Made by a program: the position numbers and the translations under genes
Assembly: GCA_051294905.1 (NCBI GenBank)
Contig: CM119372.1
Location: forward strand, 30,566,001-30,630,000
Origin: Botryllus schlosseri
Lineage: Eukaryota
Direction: 5' to 3'
DNA length: 64,000 nucleotides
The notes under the pieces: model-generated
The model's database searches: none
The model's input: only the letters and a program-made list of their open reading frames with translations
What the model was told of the DNA's origin: nothing
Shown here: positions 13,701-24,583 of the stretch, piece after piece
How the letters are laid out: every line of letters begins with the position of its first letter
Position numbering within the stretch: position 1 is the first letter of the stretch

Positions 13701-14872
13701 TTTAGGCAAATGCAGGAACGTTTCCTGAAATGGCAATGATACAAATTTGGAACAAAGATTGGGCCCATCTTTTTCGGGTGAAATGCGGAAACGAGTGACG
13801 CCGCTACTCTAAAATATGTAATTATGTAGGTCTTATATTCTCAGAGTACTCAGTCTCCAAGGAACCCCTAGTTGGGAATCACTGCACCAGATTAACATTA
13901 GTGACATTTCCACCACCCTCGTCTATATCTAGTAGCGAGAAGTGGTCAGTAACGAAGAACTTCTAGTTTTTACCAGACACTCAAGTGGATGTTTTAATGC
14001 TACTTACACCTGAACCGTTTCTATAGGTAAAACAAGTTCCTTTCTACTAGTTGGTTTTTGTAAAGTATACTGTGGTTTTCTCATAAGTTTGCATCACTTT
14101 TACGGCTGACTTTAGCAAGTAATTTTAGCACGCTGCTTTCACAATTGCAGGGTGCAACTTAGTGACCGACGGAAATTGACTATTGACATTACATTAAGGA
14201 GCTATCTTCGAAGATATATTCAGTTCATCAGTTGCTATGATACAGAGGATGTTTCATGCGGTTCTCATGACAATTTCAAATTTTTCAAATTCGATTTTAG
14301 TCAGTCACAAAGACGCACACCGCAATTTTTACCTGCTAAAATCACCCAACCCCTTGATAAAATCTACTTTTTGAAACTACGAAATCTATATCTTGAGTAA
14401 TTTTCATACCTTTCATTTTGTACTTCCACTTCGATTAGTTTTGACATTTAGAAAGTGTTAAATTTACTTCTCATCTAGGTATTAGTATTAACATTGACTA
14501 ATTAAAGAGAAGAGAAATGCCAGATTCGATAAACTTCCACAGGAAGACACTAACCTGTATAATGCAACGCACGAATTGCAACTCGAGCACCCGCAATTCC
14601 CTCGCTGTCTCAGGCTGCAAAAGGTCCTTGGTCTCAAGCCACAGCCGTTTCACAACAGAATCGTCCAAGATTTCGCTCTCCACCACTTTAATCGCCTCCT
14701 GAATTTTTGCGACCCGCGTTTCGGCGGGCTGCGACGCCGAAATATCCAACCAAAACTCATCGCAAATAACGTCTTTGACCGCGGAAACCGGAACAGGTTT
14801 CGGCGATGTCGGCTTGCTTAAACTCAGCAGGTTCTTAAATTTGTCTCGGAAACTCTCCTTGCTCTCCGTCAT
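1727..14872 (-). CDS. TSC2: Tuberin (TSC complex subunit 2), N-terminal ~12 coding exons; gene continues beyond the left edge
   Basis: Phase-consistent exon chain read by hand: 14555-14872, 13041-13376, 12760-12942, 12094-12312 (GC donor), 11304-11561, 10151-10300, 9119(or 9149)-9296, 8967-9057, 6372-6555, 5806-5872 (tentative), 3269-3911, 1727-2206. Motifs match tuberin as recalled: FRDKFKNLL, DLLQPE, GQYRHLGIMRAVFF, LLGTHLGHS, AVFYVGMGLWG, EQYKSVFAVALHYTNPSKF, CIDMMAR, PKRSP, TWVVGNKLITVTTS. Exons left of 1727 not resolved. Confidence 0.95.
2669..2945. mobile_element. hAT MITE, older copy
   Basis: aagtggttct...agaaccgctg termini; flanks ctttgcag/ctttaaag (6/8). Confidence 0.55.
4555..5757. 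mobile_element. hAT (Buster-type) non-autonomous element in a TSC2 intron
   Basis: CAGTGGTT...AACCACTG termini; TSD gcctagac/acctagac (7/8). Confidence 0.8.
6897..7527. mobile_element. Penelope-like element 3' end (GIY-YIG C-terminus plus terminal repeat) arranged as a 252-bp inverted repeat in a TSC2 intron
   Basis: Arms 6897-7148 and 7261-7512 are reverse complements (about 13 mismatches by eye). Plus-strand frame SAIGRHLDKNATCAKNYRDERFSILGRGRAHFHLSAL..TYIKIHRPLWCQQEFLV resembles the end of Penelope GIY-YIG endonucleases; hammerhead motif at the right end. Confidence 0.75.
7492..7527 (+). ncRNA. Minimal type I hammerhead ribozyme variant (C3 to U)
   Basis: GCCC-UUGAAGA-G(UGUCAGCU)C-GAA-AAGCUU-C-GGGU: same architecture with a different palindromic helix III (AAGCUU). 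Confidence 0.65.
8850..8886 (-). mobile_element. SINE fragment of the same family in a TSC2 intron
   Basis: Reverse complement tgtgggtttgagtcctggccgggtcaggccaaagact matches the B-box/ccgggtcagaccaaagac segment. Confidence 0.5.
9535..9569 (-). ncRNA. Degenerate hammerhead motif in a copy of the ~200-bp repeat (9481-9682), with an inverted partial copy at ~9690-9770
   Basis: Minus strand gctgacgataaccc-TTAACAA-gtgtcagc-GAAA-atat-TC-gtgtt; core mutated; flanks align with 47179-47385. Confidence 0.5.
10704..11010 (+). mobile_element. hAT-Buster transposon 5' remnant with transposase N-terminal zinc-finger fragment
   Basis: CAGGGGTTCCCAACC terminus at 10704; frame at ~10879-11007 reads KKNDDGYPKFAFT...KPHYVLCSTVLTNKSIKPGKLK, resembling the Buster/Charlie N-terminus (Y..FGF...P.C.LC...L.N.S.KP.KL). 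Right end not located. Confidence 0.65.
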
Positions 14873-14873
14873 T

Positions 14874-15203
14874 TTAATTCCAGTACGTTCTTGGCTTCTC
14901 CAACTCTTCTGCTATATGTTCGAAAAATTTCTTACGATACAGTGGACTGGCCGTGTCCAAGAAGGGATAAATCTCTTCGTAACACTTCCCCTCTAAGTTC
15001 GGCACGTTCGCATTGGGCGTCTCCGACACCTGTTTCTCAACGGTGTACCCAGATACGGTCAGGCGTAAATGGTACGTGACCTCTTCCAGGGTAGTCACCT
15101 TCAAGCGATGCTTGTCGTTTGGGTCGATAGCAACCTCTTTCACCAATGACTTGAGTTCCGAAACTAGACAACTTAATTCGTCTTCGAATGAGTAATCATC
15201 CAT
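14874..15203 (-). CDS. GSKIP: GSK3-beta interaction protein (DUF727 family), single exon, 109 aa
   Basis: ATG at 15203 (the ORF-track start at 15215 is TTG). C-terminal YEEIYPFLDTASPLYRKKFFEHIAEEL resembles GSKIP [27 protein letters not shown]; central VTTLEEVTYHLRLTVSGY resembles VETKERNRYCLELTEAGL. Acceptor ttttaaacag at 15231. Confidence 0.85.
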   Translation of the reverse strand: MDDYSFEDELSCLVSELKSLVKEVAIDPNDKHRLKVTTLEEVTYHLRLTVSGYTVEKQVSETPNANVPNLEGKCYEEIYPFLDTASPLYRKKFFEHIAEELEKPRTYWN

Positions 15204-16944
15204 CAGTAACGACAAACGTGTTCATACATCCTGTTTAAAAGTGCTAAAAAACACAGAAAATGCACAGGGTGTATGAAAATATAGCTTTACTAAAATTTAT
15301 GTACACGAGTTTTTGATGAACGAAAATGAATTCGGAAATAAACTGGGTGCGATTGTAATATATGAGAAAAAAGAGGGATAAAATATGATGGGCTTGATGT
15401 GGAAATATTACGACAGGTGTGCGAATAAAGGAATGCATGCAATGTTGTGTAGGAAAACAGTGTGGCGCACAGAATCTGATTTTAGTACTGGTTCTCGAAA
15501 ACAGGCATAGAATAGATTGAAGCGATTTGATTTGAGAACTTGTGTTGATCCCTCTGTAGTAAGGTATCATAATTAATTGCATACAACACAAACTTTGTAC
15601 AGCTCTAGGAAAGACACAAGACTACGGAAATTGTGTAAATATTATGTGAATTTTCAAGCACTTGCTACAATGGCCCAACTGCATTGACTGTAAGACCCGA
15701 CAATATTATCATAGTATACTAGCTGTCAAAAGGGCTAGTTCAACATAATTTTCTGGACAATAAACATGTGTGAATCCGTGTAAAATTGAGCTGTTGCACT
15801 CTATTTTAGTAGGCCTAGTAGACATAGGTACGCAGCGTCAAACAATGAATAAGAACTCAAGTGCCTGTACTCGATTAAGTTCAGATGTACATTCCGATAA
15901 TCGGATAACGATGCAGTCGCGAAATGAGCATTGACTGTGAGCGGTAAATATTGAATTAAATTCAGCTTGACAATTGTACCGATGAAGATGGAGAACTAGT
16001 AGAAATTGATCCACTTATTGCATCAATTCTCCGTTTATAGCTATAGAACTAACCCATCCGCAGATCCTGGCCTGACACATGAACTATACATATAAGAACT
16101 AAAAAAAGCTTGATGTACAGGTATCGGTTTCCTCGACGTAAGCAAGGGAAAGCGTCAGACTAACAGTGAGTAGAATTGGCAGAAAACAAAATTATAGGAT
16201 TCGCAAGGAACATTGCGTAATTTACGGATATCCAAAAATTTTCAAGACGCATCCTTTTCCAAATACCAAAGACTATATTCCCGACATCGTGCAACAAAGT
16301 AAACACAGGTGGCCACTGTGGACAGAGTAGTCATTGTCGCTACTGAAGAAGAAGCAGAAATAACCGCGTTCATTCCTGTGCAAGTGCAGGGGCAGGTAAA
16401 ATAAAGGTGGTGTATCTAGTCACTGTTGACACTCTATCAAGTATTCCGGGCCTAGGCTTGTCTGAAAACTGAGAAGTAGAGGAAGAATTAATATGGACTC
16501 TGGATTTAATACTGTAAGAAGGCAAACCCAATTTGAGTACTCAGAAAATGAAGAGGTAAACCGTTACTGAACAGTGAGCACGTCTGATTATGAATCAATA
16601 TTTTGTACTGATAGTACTATGACTAGGGCTGGGCACAATGATTCGAGTACTCAAGTCTGATTCGAAAATAAATTCTAACGACTCGAATCGAGAGAGATAG
16701 TGTTTCCAAGTACTGAGATCATACGCTCCCTGACGTTAAGAGTTAATTACCACAAAGCGCAATGAAATAGGCATGTTCCAAAATCACCGAATTATGTGAT
16801 GTGAAACTGGCATTATTGTTTGTGGCAACGTACAAGGTACGTGTTAAACTATTGACGTCTTTTATACTGTTGTGACATCACGAGTGATACTTGACTCTGT
16901 TACTCCGGAAATATATCTGTGAGTGCGACGTGCTTGAATAACGT

Positions 16945-18816
16945 TCAGTCTTTAAACAACCTATTCACTTCCGTAGAGTCGTTATCCCGCCTAGGCTTTG
17001 TGGGCGGTGGGAGCTGGGCTATAATTTTCTGAGCGTACTCAGTACGATGAATGCCCGCGTTTCTCAAAGCGTTTTCGACACGCAAACGCACGTCCTTGTC
17101 GATTTGCGCTTGCGAATAACCGTGAACGCTGTACAGCGGAGCTTGTATCGTAACATCATCGCCAGCGCCAATTCCGGCCCGGGCCTTGCTCGCGACAGTG
17201 TCCGAAACCATTCGCGACACATCGGATTCAGCAGTTACCGCGACGGTTAGACGTAGGTTGTCCAAACGCTGCGCCGCCTCCAACCGCTGTTCGGTTTTAA
17301 TACGTTCTTTCTCCGCTAGAATCTCGCTTTTCTCTCTCAACTTCTCAGACCGAAACTTGACCCGTTCTTGATTGATTTCTTTCTGACTTTCCATTTGAAG
17401 TCTCAAGTATTCCAGACGCCGTTCCTTCTCCTGGTCCAGCTTGAATTCCTCTTGACGCCTTTTTCTTTTGTACCTATTCAACTCCCCTTTTATCTTTCTC
17501 CTCCTCTCGTTTTCCAGCCACTGATGCTTCTCTTCGTCTTCCAATTCTCTCATTCGCTTTCTCTCCTCCAATTCCTTTTCCAGAGCCATCATCTCCTGCT
17601 GTTGCGATCGTAACTGCGTCACTTTTGCATGCAGTGCATCGCATATCTTCCTTTGCCGTTCCCTGTCTTTCGCAATCAGATTTGCTTCTACGTAACTGTT
17701 ATGCGCTTCCGCAAACGCAAACATGGCCGTCGTGAACAAGTTGCTAAAATCACGTTTGTAGTTCGAAACCAGCACTTCGCTTTGCTTTTTCGAGTACTTT
17801 CTCTTAAAAAAGTGGCTCTCGAGCTTGAAAAGGTCACTTTTCGTCAAATGCGGCTGCAACCTCGCCAACATGTCTATGATCAACGAGTGTACGTTGTTTT
17901 GCAAGTGCTTCGGAACGTGAGAATGATACAAATCATGGACAACACCGAAAAGCCAACAGTCCATGTTCCTTTGCGACGTGTACAATTCGGCGGCTTCGTA
18001 TTTTAGTTCTTCCTCGCGAAGACGTTTCGTGTAGTTTTCATGCAACTCGATAAACTGTCGGAACACCATATGCTTTAATTCATCATCGGGACAATCTGAG
18101 AATACAACGTCAATAGGTATCGCTTTCCCCATAGGCGCGATCTTCGGCAGATCATTGCCATCGAGAAACTCGCATTGCGCCAGGTCGTCACTTAAAATCT
18201 GCGTCTGCCGAGTCAGCCAATCTGTCACCGGCTTGCATTGCGATTTCACAGAGTTGACCTCTTCTAAAATATTGGCGCCTTCATCGGTTAAACTCTGTCG
18301 CAGTATATCGTTGTTTCTGACGCCGTTGTGCAAACGTATTTTGAGATCTGCGATCAACTGCTGGACTGGAACGATCACGGTTTGAGAGAATTCTCTCAAA
18401 TCAGATTCGAGCTCGAGCCGGTATGAATCTAAGTCGTCTGCGTACCCGTCAAGACCTAGAGAAGTCACAGTGTCTAAAAAATTGGCGAGATTCGATTGAT
18501 GCGCGAATTCGGCTTCGCGTAATTGGTCTCTCAACTCCTTGTACGATTCTTTCCAAACAGGATAATGCTGACGTATCCAATTTCTCTCTTTCCCGAATCT
18601 GGCACGCTTCTGAAGCTCGCCGAGACGAACGTTGGACGTTTGAGCGACGTTGCGAAATTTCGCAGCGGCCTGTTTCGCCTCGTCGTAATTAAATCGTCGG
18701 TACCGATCGCTCGTCAGTCCAGTCATCATTCTGGTCACAAGATGTCTCTGTTCCGTCTCGTCATTATTCTGAGTGCGGTGCGAGAGTATGAAGTCTCGGA
18801 GATTACGTCCACTCAT
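16945..18816 (-). CDS. CCDC148: Coiled-coil domain-containing protein 148, intronless
   Basis: Long ORF with ATG at 18816 (track start at 18825 is TTG). C-terminal VAVTAESDVSRMVSDTVASKAR and DVRLRVENALRNAGIHRTEYAQKI...PTKPRRDNDST match the CCDC148 C-terminus as recalled. Confidence 0.9.
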   Translation of the reverse strand: MSGRNLRDFILSHRTQNNDETEQRHLVTRMMTGLTSDRYRRFNYDEAKQAAAKFRNVAQTSNVRLGELQKRARFGKERNWIRQHYPVWKESYKELRDQLREAEFAHQSNLANFLDTVTSLGLDGYADDLDSYRLELESDLREFSQTVIVPVQQLIADLKIRLHNGVRNNDILRQSLTDEGANILEEVNSVKSQCKPVTDWLTRQTQILSDDLAQCEFLDGNDLPKIAPMGKAIPIDVVFSDCPDDELKHMVFRQFIELHENYTKRLREEELKYEAAELYTSQRNMDCWLFGVVHDLYHSHVPKHLQNNVHSLIIDMLARLQPHLTKSDLFKLESHFFKRKYSKKQSEVLVSNYKRDFSNLFTTAMFAFAEAHNSYVEANLIAKDRERQRKICDALHAKVTQLRSQQQEMMALEKELEERKRMRELEDEEKHQWLENERRRKIKGELNRYKRKRRQEEFKLDQEKERRLEYLRLQMESQKEINQERVKFRSEKLREKSEILAEKERIKTEQRLEAAQRLDNLRLTVAVTAESDVSRMVSDTVASKARAGIGAGDDVTIQAPLYSVHGYSQAQIDKDVRLRVENALRNAGIHRTEYAQKIIAQLPPPTKPRRDNDSTEVNRLFKD

Positions 18817-19799
18817 TTTGTTCAATAAAGGCTAGGATTAGCACAAGCCTAATAATCTGGAAAATAGAAACCAGTGTATTTCAAATGCAAACAATGCTGG
18901 TCTTTGCTATCACTAATGTGGGGCAGTCGTAGATGACATTAGGCAGATGGGTAGTCTACAGAAACAGAAAATGTCAACAAAGATCGCATTCATGAAATAG
19001 TCCATCAGAGATTTATATCAAATAGCCTACTAGGATTCGTGGAAGCGTGAAAATGTCAGGCAGCACATATCAAGGAGGGGCTGTCGCAACCTTGCACATG
19101 ACGAAACTTGGATGTTACTTCGTAATCGTAGGAAGAAGACTTGAAAAATCAAGATGAAATAATAAAAACTACCGGCATAATCCAAGAAAAATATACCATA
19201 ATAACTAGTGCCGGCCAAGATTCCGATTCGAAATTGAGTTCAGGCTTTGACGAGAGTCGAGTATCGCGAATTGTTACTTCGTAAGAGTATGGATGATCTC
19301 CTAGACATAGACCGTATTCTCACGGCAAAAATTTACATCAAAAATTTGTATCATACTCTAATAGTTACAGTGCACAAACAAGGCCTAGCTTGGCGGTTCC
19401 CATTCATTGACATTATCCAAACATAATACTGGTACAATCTCAACAAAAACAAGGGATAATGTGGACATACAGGTAATAAAGAGGCTGGCAATGACAAATA
19501 TCAAAAGGGGAGCTATACACTGAGATATGAAAGTGTCCCACACTCATGTACTGTACAATACATGCTACCATAACAGGTTGACACTCAATGAGGGAAGCTT
19601 CATATCATCGCAAAGGTGTCAATTTAGTGTCAACTGATGTTTTACTACACCCTTCATTAGACGATGCACAAATGTCAGCATTTCTGTTTATGTAACATGA
19701 AATAGCACCCCAGTCTGAAATTCACACACAACCGTAATAAAACTTAATCTTAAACATCAGACTTTGAAAATTTTGACAAAAATGGCGAACTTGGTTTCG

Positions 19800-20681
19800 T
19801 TACGATGATACGCCATCTGCTAGTGGGCACAATTCGGGAATGACAAATCGGTAAGTCAATCTTACGTAGGATCCAGAAAATCCTTCGCATTGACTTTGAC
19901 ATAAAAACACTTGCCTCATAGTGACGTGGTCGGACAACGACACTCCCGAGTTGCAAATTTGAACATCAACATCGATGTCAGGCTTGTGACGAAACAATTG
20001 CAGTCTCAGTAATTTCTTTACATGCATAGCCGTAGCCCGCGATGGGCATCGGACATAGTTTTTTACGATTGGATAAAAATTAACACCACGGTACGTACAA
20101 CTATCATGGAGAAATTTGCTTTCATGCAAAAATATTTCATCCATTTCGAATAGCAGGATAATTTTGAGATCATGCTCAAATCGGTGAGCTGTCTTATAAT
20201 TAGGAATTGACGAGACGTCTGCTGCAGGAATGTCAACATCACTGACATCACGGGTAACTTTCTGGCTTGTGTATTTCAACGGAGTTCCGATTTTAAGCAA
20301 ATGACTTCCGCTCTGGGTAAAATCCATCCCCTTGGACGTATAGAACTTGGCCTCAGCTTCCTGCTCGCTTTTGAACAAATTCGGGACCAGCTTATACACT
20401 ACGTCTTGCATCACCCGATCTGATCGGAGATTATTGAGCGGGTAGGTCTCATGCATCTTTTGACCGCACTGCGGACACGATTGCCTCGTCTGAAAGTATT
20501 TCACGATGCAACTCTTGCAGAACGTGTGGGAACACTCTGTGATCGTGGTGGCGTCGATGAAATAACCTGCGCACAGGCCGCAAACGATGTGAGGGTTTAG
20601 CTCGCGGATTTTGACGATCAGATCCGGTTCTTTCGGTGGTTCCATACACGCTGATTCCATTTTCTGGTCACACGGCTGCAT
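19800..20681 (-). CDS. PCGF1: Polycomb group RING finger protein, PCGF1-like, intronless, 293 aa
   Basis: C3HC4 RING (CGLC...ECSHTFCKSC...CPQC) in KIRELNPHIVCGLCAGYFIDATTITEC context, followed by DRVMQDVVYKLVP; C-terminal RAWUL-like segment (YVRCPSRATAMHVKKLL). Closest to PCGF1 by recalled sequence. Confidence 0.85.
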   Translation of the reverse strand: MQPCDQKMESACMEPPKEPDLIVKIRELNPHIVCGLCAGYFIDATTITECSHTFCKSCIVKYFQTRQSCPQCGQKMHETYPLNNLRSDRVMQDVVYKLVPNLFKSEQEAEAKFYTSKGMDFTQSGSHLLKIGTPLKYTSQKVTRDVSDVDIPAADVSSIPNYKTAHRFEHDLKIILLFEMDEIFLHESKFLHDSCTYRGVNFYPIVKNYVRCPSRATAMHVKKLLRLQLFRHKPDIDVDVQICNSGVSLSDHVTMRQVFLCQSQCEGFSGSYVRLTYRFVIPELCPLADGVSS

Positions 20682-21554
20682 TGGGATATCACAATTTTCG
20701 TAGTGTTATAGTATAAGCAATTACGTAGTGCTGTTAACGAAATCGCAAGTTACAAGCAGAGAATGTTAGAAGAATACTTAGGTGGCTAACAAAATAATTA
20801 GAATGATGTATGTATTAGGGTTTGCAAATAACCCGAAATGAACTTAATTTAATCAACTCAATTAATAAGCATCTCACTTCTTCACAAAATCGTTGATGCG
20901 ATTCAGAAGATTTGGTCCAGAAAATTTAAAAATCCGAAGATGTCAACAATTTATAAAATCCTTGCTGCAATTTGGAAAAAGGAAATTTGGTGCATCAAAT
21001 TTAAGAATCAAAAGATGTCACTTAAGCCAGATTGTTTGAATGGAATACATCAACAAATGTCATTGAATATCAGAAGGTCCAAGTTACTTGGGCAGTAAGA
21101 CAACATTTTCAGCATGGTATTGAGTGAATATTGACATGTACACAAAAAGGCAGATTCATTTGTCCAGCGTCATTTGAAGAATTATAGGAAAAAACTGTAC
21201 ATCAAAATCAATCATGTCATGGACATGCAAACACTATTGGCACATAAATTGTTCATTACACAATTTCAACTGAATGCATGGTGCAAAAGAATAGCATATC
21301 ACTGCAATTTATAATGTGAATTACTATATTTGGAATCTCTGGATATTACAATGCATATTGTGGCGCGACAGAGAAACCAACAAAATGTTCTGAAGGATGC
21401 TACGTAATGTGCAGCTTCAATGCATACATCACTTACAGACCCGAGGTACTTAAATATTTCTCCACCAAGTCTACATTGCCTGCCAGTGTAACACTACCAT
21501 TATAGCAATCTATTCAGTCACAAACTGGTAATTAACATGAAACATGACAAGAAA

Positions 21555-21720
21555 GCGTAATGATGAAGCGTGCAACTTCTTGATCGGTAGGCTGTGGGTT
21601 CAATCCATGGCAGGGTCAGACCAAAGACCCGGTTAGTAACACTGGTATCTATGACTTCCCCGCTTGGCGCTCATGATTACCAGGATAGCATGGAGGGGTG
21701 GTGCAAGACTTGGAAAGCCT
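21555..21720 (+). mobile_element. tRNA-derived SINE, paralogue of 25798 copy
   Basis: aagcgtaatg...cttcttgatcggtaggctgtgggttcaatcc...gtcagaccaaagac...atgacttccccgcttggcgctca; same position 3' of the kelch gene in the duplicated unit. Confidence 0.65.
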
Positions 21721-22077
21721 TACAAGGCTATATCTGCAGCTTCCTTGTCCAGCAGCATGTGTACATCAGGCACTCATAGTATGCATATGCACAGTTCGTG
21801 TGTATCTATATCATGAGTCGGTGTATATGCCGCAAAAACATCAGGGGCAAAAATACATAACGTCCTTTCCGTTCCTTTCCTGTTCAAATAAGAAACTATC
21901 GAAAATAACATACGAACGAGTATTTTCATCAAGGTGCTGTATTTTCTAGCGTCCGGCTCCTTGTAGAGCTCTGTAATTTAAAATAACATGGCCGTTATTA
22001 TGATAGGACAGGATATGGCCACACAATCAGCATGGTCAAGAAGCAACAGCAGAAGCTTCATTTTAACATAAAACGTG

Positions 22078-24583
22078 TCAATACCCACAGCAAAGGTTCA
22101 TATTAAAAACATTGCTTAAAGTTGGCTGTCTATCCTTCTCTGACACATGCAGTGTGTCAAGATCAACGGACTTAACTCCGATGTCCGGAAAGTTGTTGAA
22201 AATGTAGAGCTTGTTGTTTGTGATGTGGGTCTTCATACGGTCACAGCTGATTTTGAGATTCGCAATCAATTGCCATTGCTCAGTGATGTGGTTCAAGAAC
22301 TCAACATCTTCTGCCCCACCACCTAATGCGTAGAGAGTGTTTTCATACCAGAGACTTTTCCCCCAGGTCCGCAATCTCGTTAATGATGGATACGGAGAGT
22401 ATGAAAGACCAACTGCAGCCAGTAGCTCGAGCTTTCGCACTTGCCTCGAGATCTTGGGATTACCCCCATATCGCGGATCACTTTCAGCTCCACCCATGAC
22501 ATAAAGATCTGTCGGAGAAGTTGCAATAAAAAAACCCATGCTCGGATGAGGTACAGTTATAGTTGATACAAGTGACGCTGTCAGGCTATCGGTATTGAAT
22601 ATCACAGTATCAGTGCGGGATACCACAATAACCAATCGTTGAAAACAAACGCAGACATTATAACCCCACATATTAGGATTGGAATACAACTTCTTCCACT
22701 CACTCCCATCAAAGCTCCACAAAGTTTGGCCATCCCATATGTATACCGTACCTTGATGCATTGTAATGGAACATTTATCCCAATCAGACGTTCTTCCAGG
22801 AAACTTGGCTAACCTTGAACATCTCTCCGATGCGAGGTGGTATTGATAAACAATCCCCGTCCGATAGTTCATAGATACAATTCCACTCAGTTCATTGGTT
22901 CCATCCAAATTCTTGACTGGATTCCGTATATTTACGAGAACATCCTGAACATGTTGCAAACACTCTACTGAATCTCTAACCAAATCCTCACAGCAGACAC
23001 TCCCCCTCAAGAAGTCATTGGACATGCAGTGAAGATCCACCATCTTGAAGAGGGCATTGAAATTTTCTTTTCTTTCAAGACGTTCCTTTGTCCACGACAG
23101 AATCCCAAACCATTTCTGCTCTTCTAATGGACTGCAGCCTTCCTTTAAAAATCCTAGGCAATCCACGAGACCAGTATAGTCTAGAGATAGAAAATCAGCG
23201 GTTTTTCTAAATTCTTCAAAATGTTTTTCAAGGAAATTCTGGAGGCCCAAATTCAATTTCTGCTTTTTATACAGACGGACTAGAGACATGACCTCAGCAC
23301 AGCTTTGCATATCAATATTTTCGGCCAGAAACTCCACACAAAGCTGAGACAATTTGAGCAATTGCATCATTTCTGCAGCATTCAGAAGCCCTCGAGCTAT
23401 ATCCATCGTAATCCACACAGATCCAGTATAGATGAAATCAACAATCTGTTTCACCACATCGGGATCCATGGCAGAAAAGTCTACAATTTGACTCTGAGAT
23501 TCCTTAGTATCATTTTGGAACATTGCTCTAAAATAGTCAGTGCTTGCCACTAGTATCATTTTATGTGCCTTCACTTCAAAATCTCTACACTTTATTGTGA
23601 CATCACAAAGGTTTTCATTAGCTTTCAGTTTCAGTATTGAAGCCCACAGTTCGGTATTGTGATCTTCCACTATTTTCTGGACACGCTTCACATTCACATC
23701 TTCAAGTGAAACTCTGTTCAATGCAATAACGAAAGTCAGTAGAAGTCAAGTGCTGGCTAATCCAGGACACACTTAAATTGCACACACAGATGTATATTCT
23801 ATATTGATAATCGATAGGTCGAGTTCAGCCGGAATCAATATATATCATTAGCGCATTCAGATCAGATGATGTTTTTTAGTCAGCGAGCTGAGCGCAAGAT
23901 GGGTGACCAGGTGCAGCAGGAGGCAAAGGCGCACGTGGTTTGTGGGCACTATGGACGCTGTAGCGACCATAATGAATATGTTTTGGAATGACTATGGACA
24001 CAGCTGTTGAATAAATAAAACCCAAGTTGAAAAATTTCCGAGGGTGACTAGCGATCACACAACGGGACGCCATAAACCCGCGAAACCCGTAAAATCAGCT
24101 ACAATAACTGAAAGAAATTGAGGAAACTATTGTACAAGTAAAAAATGTGCTGGTATAGTTTGCCTAGACAACTTTTCAAGTGACTACGGGTTATATTCAA
24201 ATTCAAACAAATGCAAAACCCCCAAAACAGACCGCAAAATCAAGAGGTCTATACGCTGGCTTGGTATATCCAGGTAGGCCTATTGTGTTTTTCTTACATT
24301 GATTTTTGTGCAGACTGTTAATTTAGATTCTAGATATCATAAAAATGACCGAATTAAACCTGAAACAACACTCGAAAAAAATTTGAGAATCTCGAAACCA
24401 ATAAACTTTGGCTTCAATGCCTGCAAGACATCGGTGAAATCATAGCAAAGCAGGGCATGTTCCGCAGGGCATGACTGATATATTATAAGGTTGTATAGTG
24501 TAGGGAGTCGCCAGATATTTGATATTAAATGAATACAATGCTTACCTGGGTCTCTTGGATGATGGTCCTCCAGTCAAATCCAT
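22078..24583 (-). CDS. BTB-BACK-kelch (kelch-like) protein, copy 1, intact, two coding exons
   Basis: Exon 1 24546-24583 (MDLTGGPSSKRP, CAG|GTAAGC donor, phase 2) joins exon 2 22078-23713 (ttgaacag|A GTT TCA). BTB motifs LCDVTIKC, KAHKMILVASTDYFRAMF, IVDFIYTG; BACK region; degenerate kelch repeats (LYVMGG, LYALGGG); ends LCCGY. Confidence 0.9.

Noticed and set aside
23714-23721. ORF-track starts for the kelch genes, CCDC148 and GSKIP
   Set aside because: They are TTG codons in intron or leader sequence; real starts are an upstream exon (kelch) or a downstream ATG (18816, 15203).
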